Notes: generated by a model from the sequence alone, not told the origin. Counted from the stretch's first letter, positions 16,294-24,162 are shown. The stretch is DNA of 24,527 nucleotides from a virus (IMGVR_UViG_3300049205_000115:1-24527), one strand, 5' to 3'. Numbers and translations are program-made.

Positions 16294-16971
16294 ATGAGCG
16301 ATATATACGATTTAGATACTAACCAACAGGTAATAGAGACACTGCCACCTGATAAACGGTATACAAAAACCGTTAAGTGGTTACAGGCCTGTTTAAAATC
16401 TACTGTGCAGTGGTTACGGGATAGGTTGCTCAACGATTATCGCAATGGCTCCTCAGCTGCTATGTATGCTGCTGGCACATACTCATATGGAGACTTTGTG
16501 CAATACGAAAGGGCCATCTATGTATCATTAATAGACAACAACACCGATTTACCAACCGTAACTAACTCCTGGTATAAAACCCAAGGCTCATTTATTGGCT
16601 TGAATGAGCGAATATTATACAATGGCATAACCCTTACCCTCACTTTTGCTTTAAACAAATGGTTTAACACCACTTTTAGGCAACCAGCTGCTGGATTAAG
16701 TGATATTTATCTGGTAACTAATCCTCAGCATGCATCACCGTTTTTAGTGGGTGGTGACAACAATAATTCTTCGTTGGTATATGCTGACAGATCCATTGAA
16801 TTGATTACTGATGAAACAAATTTTACAACTATTCCAAACATGACGGTTATGATACCATTAGCAACTTACAATTCCCTTGGAGATAATAATACGACCAGAA
16901 CAAATATTGTTCGGTCATTTACTGATCAATATATTACTGCCGGCATAATTTACGATGTCCAAACATATTAA
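16294..16971 (+). CDS. Baseplate protein (gpI/Mu gp48-like) with a CBM-like insert
   Basis: LPP.KR.....WL...L..VQWL ... YNG....L..ALN..F ... YI.AG..Y.V.TY; follows J-like gene; insert YAAGTYSYGDFVQYERAIYVSL...W. Confidence 0.6.
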   Translation: MSDIYDLDTNQQVIETLPPDKRYTKTVKWLQACLKSTVQWLRDRLLNDYRNGSSAAMYAAGTYSYGDFVQYERAIYVSLIDNNTDLPTVTNSWYKTQGSFIGLNERILYNGITLTLTFALNKWFNTTFRQPAAGLSDIYLVTNPQHASPFLVGGDNNNSSLVYADRSIELITDETNFTTIPNMTVMIPLATYNSLGDNNTTRTNIVRSFTDQYITAGIIYDVQTY

Positions 16972-16974
16972 ACA

Positions 16975-17844
16975 ATGAGAAAATTAGACGTTTCCGCAAT
17001 CTCTATTTCAAATGCAATGCCGTTTAAGGCCGGCACATTTGAACACATTCAATTTGCCTATCAGGAAGCAATTGCCGAACTAGGCAAGGCTTTATTTAAT
17101 GGTAACTATGACCCAACCAAGGTTTATATTCTTAGTGGAGTTATAAATTCAGGATCCGGATCAAATTATGATGTATCGGCCGGGGCAGTATTTTATAATG
17201 GAGAGATATTCCTTGTCGATGCTGTTGCATTTACCATATCCGGAAGTAATGTTGCTGTAGGAACTATAACCACAACTTTTTATGCGAATGGTGTTAGGGC
17301 TGACGGTGTAGACTTTACCGATGGTATTACTCGAAACATCCACCAAATTCGTAAAATGGTTTACGGGCCTGCATTAGCAGGAAGCGGAGATGGTGACTTT
17401 GAAGATTTGGTAAACTTAGCTTACCGTCCAGTTGGTGGCATTGGTCAAACCGTGGAATGGTTAATGCCGGGATCTGGTTCTCAAAATTCATTATTGGCAA
17501 CCTACTTTGATGCTACATCTTTGGAAGGTATCCACCCATTAACTTTAGGATGGAAAATAGATGATGGCGGTTATTTTACTGCAGCATATAAAGCAGGAGA
17601 TACCAACTTTGGTACAATTGGGCAAACTGGTGGGGCTTTAGATCATCTAATTATTGCATCGGAAGTACCTAAACCGGCCGGTCTTGTGCCTGGCTTAGAT
17701 GGTCCGCGCCAAAAGCCAGCCGATGGTGGTGGCGACCCGATATACTATGTAACAGGTCCTATAAGTGGAGCAACCGCGGCCACAACTCCACTAAGTTTAA
17801 TTCCAAAAAATAAAACCAAACTTAAAATAACCAGATATTACTAA
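16975..17844 (+). CDS. Baseplate/short tail-fibre protein with a collar-like C-terminus
   Basis: ILSGV...V..G.VF.NGEI N-terminus; C-terminal GW...G.F.A.Y......FGTIGQTGG...H.I...E.P ... PLSLIP......I.R resembles tail-collar domains. Confidence 0.6.
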   Translation: MRKLDVSAISISNAMPFKAGTFEHIQFAYQEAIAELGKALFNGNYDPTKVYILSGVINSGSGSNYDVSAGAVFYNGEIFLVDAVAFTISGSNVAVGTITTTFYANGVRADGVDFTDGITRNIHQIRKMVYGPALAGSGDGDFEDLVNLAYRPVGGIGQTVEWLMPGSGSQNSLLATYFDATSLEGIHPLTLGWKIDDGGYFTAAYKAGDTNFGTIGQTGGALDHLIIASEVPKPAGLVPGLDGPRQKPADGGGDPIYYVTGPISGATAATTPLSLIPKNKTKLKITRYY

Positions 17845-18050
17845 TGGCCAAGTCAGTCGCACAAGAAAGAAAATTAACCGTTTACCCTGATACCAAATAC
17901 CACAGGCTTGTAGTAGCTGAAAGTGTGGTTAATGGCGTAAGTAAGAGTGAGCAGGTAAACCGTGCGCTGAAGTTTTATTATGATAACCTTTCGGATCAGG
18001 AGCAGAGGGATATTATTGAGCGTTCAAAAAATCCTTTATTTAAAGTTTAA
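17844..18050 (+). CDS. Ribbon-helix-helix (Arc/CopG-like) DNA-binding protein
   Basis: Beta strand RKLTVY, helix H..LV.ES, turn GVSKSE, helix VNRAL..Y. Confidence 0.7.
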   Translation: MAKSVAQERKLTVYPDTKYHRLVVAESVVNGVSKSEQVNRALKFYYDNLSDQEQRDIIERSKNPLFKV

Positions 18051-18078
18051 TTATTCTTTATAGAATAATATAAATAAT
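18048..18078. repeat. Copy 4 of 31-bp junction motif (core 18051-18068)
   Basis: TAATTATTCTTTATAGAATAATATAAATAAT, starting at the RHH stop codon and lying just upstream of a -7 promoter box. Confidence 0.78.
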
Positions 18079-18082
18079 TAAT

Positions 18083-18090
18083 TATATTTG
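18083..18090 (+). promoter_or_regulatory. Candidate Bacteroidota -7 promoter element for the tRNA
   Basis: TATATTTG matches TAnnTTTG, 2 nt before the tRNA 5' end. Confidence 0.55.
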
Positions 18091-18092
18091 AG

Positions 18093-18165
18093 CGTGCGTT
18101 GGAGCAGTTGGTAGCTCGTTGGGCTCATAACCCGAAGGTCGAGGGTTCGAGTCCCTCACGCGCAA
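18093..18165 (+). tRNA. Initiator tRNA-fMet (CAT)
   Basis: C1:A72 mismatch, D-stem GAGC/GCTC (A11-U24), anticodon arm TTGGG-CTCATAA-CCCGA with three G-C pairs, T-arm GAGGG-TTCGAGT-CCCTC, A73; CCA not encoded. Confidence 0.95.
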
Positions 18166-18167
18166 CA

Positions 18168-18272
18168 TTCCATCAACCAGCAGAGAGGGCCATAAAAAGC
18201 GATCGGAGTGTAATAGTACTGGCAGCCATCCATACAGTGCTATTCGAGGCAGTAATTTAGTTACTGATGGAA
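18168..18272 (+). ncRNA. Candidate structured RNA following the tRNA
   Basis: Closing stem TTCCATCA(18168-75)/TGATGGAA(18265-72), 10-bp stem AATAGTACTG(18212-21)/CAGTGCTATT(18235-44), and hairpin CAGTAA/TTACTG (18250-66). Confidence 0.4.
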
Positions 18273-18319
18273 AACAAAAAATGGTGACGCGGCCCATAAC
18301 GAAGAAAGCCTATAGGCTG

Positions 18320-18350
18320 ATACCCCGGGCAAATGGTCCGGGGTATTTTT
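18320..18350 (+). terminator. Rho-independent terminator
   Basis: ATACCCCGGGC-AAATG-GTCCGGGGTAT 11-bp stem followed by a T run. Confidence 0.8.
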
Positions 18351-18386
18351 AAAATGTCTTCTCATAATTTAGGTTTATAATTGGTT

Positions 18387-18419
18387 AAAAATCCCGAAGC
18401 GCCCGCCTAGGGATTTTTT
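18387..18419. terminator. Second, possibly bidirectional, terminator hairpin
   Basis: AAAAATCCC...GGGATTTTTT with A and T tracts on both sides. Confidence 0.65.
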
Positions 18420-18492
18420 CATTCATCGCCATTATAAAAAAATGTGGCGTACATTCTAATTCCTGATTTACCACCTGTCTACTTTTATAGCA

Positions 18493-19680
18493 ATGGAATT
18501 CAAATATACCGTTGACCCACTTGCGCCTATTCCTATCATGCTGTTAACCGATGATATTGGTTTTGATGCAGAATCAGGTAAAGGAATAGATGGTGCAGAG
18601 TTTCAACGTGAGTTATTAGCCCTTGATAATATGGGTAAAAGGTCCATCGACATATGGATTAACTCACCCGGGGGCAATGTAACAGATGGGTACAACATTT
18701 ACGGCACGATGCTAAAATGTAAAACACCGGTTGATACCCATAATTTAGGAATGGCTGCAAGTATAGCAGGTATAATATTCTTAGCAGGGAGAAACAGGAT
18801 AATGGCTGATTACAGTTGGCTTATGCTTCATGATCCGCATGGAGGTAATGATAAAAAGCTGCTAAATGTAATGAAAGACAGCATAGCCACTATGGCGTCC
18901 AGGTGTGGAAAGACTGTTGATGAGATGCTCTCGATCATGAAAAAAACCACATATATCTATGCGGTTGAAGCGAAACAAGATGGGCTATGTGATATAGTTG
19001 AGCCAAGTGATCAAAAGAACAAAAAAAGGTTAAGCCTATTTGCTGCTGAACCTACAGCCTTTCATAAAGAGGCGAACTTAATTCTAAACAAAATAATTGA
19101 AAAGCCAACACATAAAACTATGATCAAAGTTGCAAATAAATTAGGCCTGAACCCGGATGCCAGTGAGGATAGCATCCTTTCTGCTATCGAGCAAGTCCAA
19201 AATAAAGCTAAAACCGATTTAGAAGCGGCAGAGGATAAAATTAAGGATGCTCAAAATGCCCTTAAGGAAGCTGAAGATGAAATGGATAAGCTTAAAAAGG
19301 AAAAAGCTTCACTAAAGGACGAAAAGGACAAAGTTGAAAAAGAAAAAAATCAACTGGCTACTGACAATGAGGCCTTGCAAAAAGAAAAAGATGATGCTGA
19401 AGAAGCTTCATTAAAAGTAAAATGTAAAGCAATGGTTGAAGGCTATGCCAACACCGGCCGCATTAAAAAGGATGCCAAAGTAATTGATTTTTATACTGAG
19501 TTGGCTATGGCTGACAAAGGAAAAGGCTTTGATATCGTAAAAGACCAGCTGGAAGCGTTGCCGCTTAACAAGATCGCTCCGGTTATCACATTAGAGGCTG
19601 ATGCGAAACCTAAGTACACTTTTGCCGCGGCAATGGGTACGATAGCAAACAAAGTAGAAACCCAAAAAAATAATAAATAA
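18493..19680 (+). CDS. ClpP-type (S14) prohead protease fused to a coiled-coil scaffold
   Basis: INSPGG.V.DG..IY, GMAASIAG (catalytic Ser), LMLHDP (His), A...GL.D; C-terminal ~185 aa is a charged coiled coil. Confidence 0.92.
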   Translation: MEFKYTVDPLAPIPIMLLTDDIGFDAESGKGIDGAEFQRELLALDNMGKRSIDIWINSPGGNVTDGYNIYGTMLKCKTPVDTHNLGMAASIAGIIFLAGRNRIMADYSWLMLHDPHGGNDKKLLNVMKDSIATMASRCGKTVDEMLSIMKKTTYIYAVEAKQDGLCDIVEPSDQKNKKRLSLFAAEPTAFHKEANLILNKIIEKPTHKTMIKVANKLGLNPDASEDSILSAIEQVQNKAKTDLEAAEDKIKDAQNALKEAEDEMDKLKKEKASLKDEKDKVEKEKNQLATDNEALQKEKDDAEEASLKVKCKAMVEGYANTGRIKKDAKVIDFYTELAMADKGKGFDIVKDQLEALPLNKIAPVITLEADAKPKYTFAAAMGTIANKVETQKNNK

Positions 19681-19683
19681 CCC

Positions 19684-20610
19684 ATGGACGGTTTTGTAAT
19701 TAATGACACCACGTATGCCGGCGAGGCCGCATCACAGTTTATCGTTAAATCATTAACAGGTGCCGACACCATCAATGGGGGCCACGTTTATGTTAAAGAC
19801 GGTATCAAAAAGAAATTTACCATTCCACGTTGGGATGCTAACTATGAAGATTTAATCCAGGATCGCGCGGCAACCCCGACCAGTAAAGGTGATATGACCG
19901 TTACCGGGCAAGCGCTTGACCCTAATGATTACATGATCTACATGGAGTTTAACCCACGTGATTTTGAAGATCATTGGTTTGCTACCCAGTTAAATGACAC
20001 ATTGATTGACCGCGCGTTACCTTATAGTGTTGAGTCAATTGTGGTTCAGGAAGTATTAAAGCGTCATGCTAAATACTTCAATAAGTTGATTTGGAATGCA
20101 GATTTGACCTTAACCAATATCTACAAGTATTTTGATGGCTTCTTGAAAAAAGCTAAATCAGCTGCAGACACTAAAATTGTAACCTCTCCTACCACCTTAA
20201 CTGTTAACAATATCCAAGGTGAGTTTTTAAGGGGTTATAATATGATTGAAGACGCTTTGCGTTATGATCCGGATATGAAATTCTTTTGTTCATATGCTAC
20301 CTGGGATCTGTATGACCAAAGCCAGGTTAATCAAACTTACAAAGGTGTTGATATCACCCGCGAAGGTATTGATTCATTCAAAGGCCGTAAGGTGGTGAAA
20401 ATCGCGGACTTCCCGGATAACACTTTCTTTATTGCTAAGGGTAAACCAACAATGGAAAGTAATCTTTGGATAGGTCTTAACTCAATAGCTGACGAAGGTC
20501 TTCAATTAGCTCGCTTACAAGCTAACTCTGAAAAATACTTCATCAAAATGCTGATGAAAGCCGATGTTCAGATCGGTTGGAATAACGAAACTGTTTATTA
20601 CGGAGCATAA
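19684..20610 (+). CDS. Major capsid protein
   Basis: 308 aa immediately after the protease/scaffold; TTYAGE.A..FI ... IWN.D ... FDGFLK pattern typical of Bacteroidota phage capsids. Confidence 0.8.
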   Translation: MDGFVINDTTYAGEAASQFIVKSLTGADTINGGHVYVKDGIKKKFTIPRWDANYEDLIQDRAATPTSKGDMTVTGQALDPNDYMIYMEFNPRDFEDHWFATQLNDTLIDRALPYSVESIVVQEVLKRHAKYFNKLIWNADLTLTNIYKYFDGFLKKAKSAADTKIVTSPTTLTVNNIQGEFLRGYNMIEDALRYDPDMKFFCSYATWDLYDQSQVNQTYKGVDITREGIDSFKGRKVVKIADFPDNTFFIAKGKPTMESNLWIGLNSIADEGLQLARLQANSEKYFIKMLMKADVQIGWNNETVYYGA

Positions 20611-20621
20611 TAACATCTATC

Positions 20622-21149
20622 ATGACCAACGATTTAAAAGCACACTTATTAGCCAATCCACATTTACAGATCATATATGTGAATGATAAAGGCGAATATC
20701 TTTTCCATAAACGCGCTGGCTTTGAAAAAAGTTACAGCCGCGATGAGATATTAGAAATGGAAATAGCTTCGGAAACTCCAACTGTAGACAATATTGCTAA
20801 ACAAACTGGGCCTGCCATCATCCCCGATGCGCAAAATGGAAAGGGCGGCAGTGAAAAATTGGACGAGTTGCGCGATGCTGTTCGCAAAGAGGTTTTGGAA
20901 GAAATAAGATTAAACCTTGATCAATTTGAGGCCGACAAAGCAGAGCATGCTAAAGCGGTTGAAGATTTCGAGATCGAGCGTGAAATTCTAAATACCGAAG
21001 TAAATAACCTTAAATCTGAGCGTGAACAGCTTGAAGCCGATAAGTTAGAATATGATTCAAAAGTAACTGAATTGGAAAATGACAGGAAGAAATTTGAGGC
21101 CGACAAAGCAGAGCATGCTAAAAAAGAAACTAATAAAGGTAATAAATAA
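20622..21149 (+). CDS. Hypothetical acidic coiled-coil protein (head-associated?)
   Basis: 175 aa with a C-terminal heptad pattern and FEADKAEHAK twice. Confidence 0.7.
   Translation: MTNDLKAHLLANPHLQIIYVNDKGEYLFHKRAGFEKSYSRDEILEMEIASETPTVDNIAKQTGPAIIPDAQNGKGGSEKLDELRDAVRKEVLEEIRLNLDQFEADKAEHAKAVEDFEIEREILNTEVNNLKSEREQLEADKLEYDSKVTELENDRKKFEADKAEHAKKETNKGNK
20923..21122 (+). repeat. Perfect 32-bp direct repeat (20923-20954 and 21091-21122)
   Basis: AATTTGAGGCCGACAAAGCAGAGCATGCTAAA twice, 168 bp apart and in frame. Confidence 0.9.
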
Positions 21150-21152
21150 GAC

Positions 21153-21857
21153 ATGGCCACAAGATCAAGATTTACCGGGTTGCCCAAGGATGACAACACC
21201 GATCGTATACTAAAAAACAACTATTTAACACCGGCTTATGCTGCAACCATAGCGTTATTAATTAACGGCCTGGATGCAAAGACCATAATTAAACCAGCTG
21301 CATTAACAGGCGCTGTAACCTTTACAGTAAATGTGGCGGATTCTGTTTCAGGTGATGCTGACAATGGTCCATTTGTGGGCGATATTTTAGAATTTCATCT
21401 TACTGCAGACAGTACAAGCCGTGTTGTAACCTTTAGTACCGGGTTTTCAGCAAATGGGACTTTAACCGTTACTGGAAGCAGTACTGCCATAATTGTATTT
21501 AAATTTAATGGTACAGCATGGCAACAAACTGCAGTTGGAAATCCACGTGATGTTATAGATATTCAGACACCTGCTTATGCTGCGTCTATTGCTATTACCA
21601 CTACGAAAAACATAACCAAAGTAATACCTGCACAATTAACAGGAGCACTCACTTTAACAGCAGTTGTAACTTCTGCAGTAACCGGCGATATTTTAATTTT
21701 TGCCTTTGCCGCGGATGGAACTAATAGGGTTGTAACCTTTAGCACAAACATTGCAAGTGCAGGCACATTAACTGTTGTGGCCAGCAAATACGGCAGTGCG
21801 ACATTCATCTACAACGGTACTACCTGGGTAGAAACAAGTAGGGCATTAACCGCTTAA
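21153..21857 (+). CDS. Virion structural protein with two tandem ~100-aa beta-rich repeats (decoration/fibre-like)
   Basis: TPAYAA.I ... PA.LTGA.T.T ... GDIL.F...AD.T.RVVTFST ... GTLTV ... F.(F/Y)NGT.W occurs twice. Confidence 0.65.
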   Translation: MATRSRFTGLPKDDNTDRILKNNYLTPAYAATIALLINGLDAKTIIKPAALTGAVTFTVNVADSVSGDADNGPFVGDILEFHLTADSTSRVVTFSTGFSANGTLTVTGSSTAIIVFKFNGTAWQQTAVGNPRDVIDIQTPAYAASIAITTTKNITKVIPAQLTGALTLTAVVTSAVTGDILIFAFAADGTNRVVTFSTNIASAGTLTVVASKYGSATFIYNGTTWVETSRALTA

Positions 21858-21868
21858 TATAGCAATAA

Positions 21869-23392
21869 ATGGCATTATCAAATATTACATTTGTAAAAGG
21901 GAGTGGTGGACTTGGCAGGCCTTTGGCCGGACAGGACCACTTCTCTGCTTTAATATTTTATGCGAGTGCATTACCATCTGGCTTCAGTTCTAATGCAAGA
22001 ATTAAAAAGTTCTTATCATTAGCTGATGCAGAAGCTGCTGGCATACGTTTGGATTATGCTGATGAAACAAAAGCAGCTGGCTCATACGAAGTTACAGGTA
22101 TTGGCGCCAATGGTGACACTGTCAACATTAAGGTTACCGAACCTTATGGCGCTGTTATTGATCTGGGCACTTATACAAAGGCGGCAGGACAAACTACAGT
22201 AACCGCTGTAGCCGCGGCTATTGTAGCTATAATAAATGCCGGAACATCAACACATGGTTATACTGCCAGCAACACTGCCGGAGTAATAACCATTACTGCA
22301 CGTCCGGGTTTAGGAATATTTTTAAACTCAGGTACCCCAATAACTGTTGCTACTGTTGGTACAATAGCTGGAACGCTTACTCAGTTTACTGCTGGCGCAT
22401 TCTCTCGAACTGCTATTTATCATTATCATATAAGTGAATTCTTCAGGTTACAACCTAAAGGCGTTTTATATGTAGGTATTTTTGCAGTACCAGGTTCTTA
22501 TACATTTAGTGAGATTGACACTATACAAAGTTTTGCAGATGGTACAATCCGTCGTGTAGGTATTTATAAAGACAGCTCGGCTTTTGCTACTGGTGATATG
22601 ACACTTATTCAAGGTGTATTATTAGCACAGGAGGCTTTACATAAGCCGTTAGTTGCCATATATGCCGCGAATATTGCCGCAGTAACAGACATAAGCACTT
22701 TAACAGATTTAAACACCTTCAGTAATTACGAGGTGTCTCCATGTATTAGTCAGGATGGTGCCGCGGTTGGTGCGTTGTTATATTTAACAACTGGTAAATC
22801 AATTACCACACTAGGCGCTTACTTAGGGGCATCTGCTTTTGCTAAAGTGAATGAAAGTGTTGCCTGGGTACAAAAATTCAATATCAGTAATGGTGTTGAA
22901 TGCGAAGTACTAGCTTTTGCTAACGGTCAATTATTCTCTGCTGCTGCTATTACCGATAATTTACTAAATATGTTGGATCAATACAGATATGTATTCCTTC
23001 GTAAATTCATCGGACAGTCTGGAAGCTACTTCAATGGTGCTAACTCCGCATGCTCATTAAGCAATGATTATGCATACCTGGAAGATAATCTGACAATTCA
23101 GAAAGCCATGCGCGGAGTTTACTCCAGCTTATTACCAGCATTATCGGGTCCATTGCAATTGAATGCTGATGGCACTTTGTCGGATAATACGATTGCGTAT
23201 TTGGAAAGCCTGGCCACACCGAACCTTGATCAGATGGTGCGCGATTCGGAGATATCAGCATACGGCGTAAGAATTGATACTGCACAGAATGTCTTAACAA
23301 CCGGTAAGATCATTATCAGCGTACAGATAGTACAACAAGGCGTAGCAAGGCAAATAGAAGTTCCTATTGGTTACACAACATCATTAAGCTAA
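21869..23392 (+). CDS. Contractile tail sheath protein (DUF2586-like)
   Basis: I.F.KG.GGLGR...GQD..S.L, YHISEFFR..P.G.LYV, L.L...RY.F.R...G..G.YFN, DYA..E.N..I.KA.R, ID..QNVL.T ... GVAR.I.V.IG(Y/F); precedes the tube gene. Confidence 0.85.
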   Translation: MALSNITFVKGSGGLGRPLAGQDHFSALIFYASALPSGFSSNARIKKFLSLADAEAAGIRLDYADETKAAGSYEVTGIGANGDTVNIKVTEPYGAVIDLGTYTKAAGQTTVTAVAAAIVAIINAGTSTHGYTASNTAGVITITARPGLGIFLNSGTPITVATVGTIAGTLTQFTAGAFSRTAIYHYHISEFFRLQPKGVLYVGIFAVPGSYTFSEIDTIQSFADGTIRRVGIYKDSSAFATGDMTLIQGVLLAQEALHKPLVAIYAANIAAVTDISTLTDLNTFSNYEVSPCISQDGAAVGALLYLTTGKSITTLGAYLGASAFAKVNESVAWVQKFNISNGVECEVLAFANGQLFSAAAITDNLLNMLDQYRYVFLRKFIGQSGSYFNGANSACSLSNDYAYLEDNLTIQKAMRGVYSSLLPALSGPLQLNADGTLSDNTIAYLESLATPNLDQMVRDSEISAYGVRIDTAQNVLTTGKIIISVQIVQQGVARQIEVPIGYTTSLS

Positions 23393-23396
23393 AAAC

Positions 23397-23813
23397 ATGA
23401 TCACACCTTTAATAAATGGCGTAAATTATTCATGGGCAAACATTACCCTTATCCTTTTTGGTGTTCCTGTTGTGGGCATAACCAAAATCAGCTATAAGCG
23501 TGCACAAAAAAAAGAAAATAACTATGGTATGGGTGCACAACCCGTGAGCCGTGGTTATGGAAATTATGAGTACGGCGGATCCATCGAATTATATCTTGAT
23601 GAGTGGAACAGAATTATTGCTGCAAGCCCTAACCGTGACCCTTTTCAAATTGGTCCTTTTGATGTTCCTATCACTTTTGGTGGTAACGGTGTACAAGCTA
23701 CTAAACACGTATTACGTGCCGTAGAATTTACTGAAGATAATTTTGATAGTTCACAAGGCGATACTAAAATAATGATTACTGTGCCTCTAGTAATTGGTGC
23801 AATTGACAAATAA
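23397..23813 (+). CDS. Tail tube protein
   Basis: ING..YSWA.I.....G..V.GIT.I.Y...Q.KEN.YG.G..PV.RG.G.YE..GSI.L ... L..VEFTE; directly after the sheath. Confidence 0.88.
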   Translation: MITPLINGVNYSWANITLILFGVPVVGITKISYKRAQKKENNYGMGAQPVSRGYGNYEYGGSIELYLDEWNRIIAASPNRDPFQIGPFDVPITFGGNGVQATKHVLRAVEFTEDNFDSSQGDTKIMITVPLVIGAIDK

Positions 23814-23814
23814 T

Positions 23815-24162
23815 ATGAAGTTCGAAACATACGAAGAAATTAATGCAAAGGCAGAGGAACTAACCAAATCACATGGTACTAAAGTTCATGCTTTTACTGC
23901 CCTTAACGGTACTGAAGATGATAAGGTGGTGGCTTTTATTAAAGAGCCCAGCCGCTTGATCAAAAGCAGGGCCATGGATAAAACCTATGGTGGCATGGGC
24001 TTTACCGCTGGTGGCGAAATGCTTGAAGCTTGCATTATAAAAGAAGAAAGCGACCCACGCATATTGAGTGAGGCTCCGGAATACGATAAGTTTTACTTGG
24101 GTGCTGCTAAATTTTGTGCAGATCTATTGATCATCTCAACTGATAACACAAAAAAAAACTAA
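23815..24162 (+). CDS. Tail assembly chaperone (lambda gpG analogue)
   Basis: Between tube and tape measure; ATG 23815 follows the tube stop; ends in ACA AAA AAA AAC TAA slippery run. Confidence 0.8.
   Translation: MKFETYEEINAKAEELTKSHGTKVHAFTALNGTEDDKVVAFIKEPSRLIKSRAMDKTYGGMGFTAGGEMLEACIIKEESDPRILSEAPEYDKFYLGAAKFCADLLIISTDNTKKN

Noticed and set aside
365-18078. 31-bp repeats as a CRISPR array or IS ends
   Set aside because: Dispersed kilobases apart with no spacers, cas genes, transposase or target duplications.
18082-18297. 71-aa minus-strand ORF (…RDSNPRPSGYEPNELPTAP…)
   Set aside because: Classic antisense translation of a tRNA-Met gene.
18283-18304. GGTGACGCGGCCCATAACGAAG as a second, degenerate tRNA-Met
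   Set aside because: Only loosely resembles the anticodon arm; no cloverleaf, T-loop or acceptor stem can be built.
22052-22396. Thr/Ala/Gly-rich segment of the sheath as a novel insertion
   Set aside because: The AVAAAIVAIIN...YTAS..AGVITITA..G pattern resembles a domain common in Mu gpL-type sheaths, so it is probably ordinary.
327-23830. Remaining minus-strand and nested alternative-frame ORFs in the track (e.g. 12190-12729, 7836-8162, 7874-8062, 13488-13700, 20921-21220)
   Set aside because: All overlap well-supported + strand genes, lack motifs, and have antisense-type composition.
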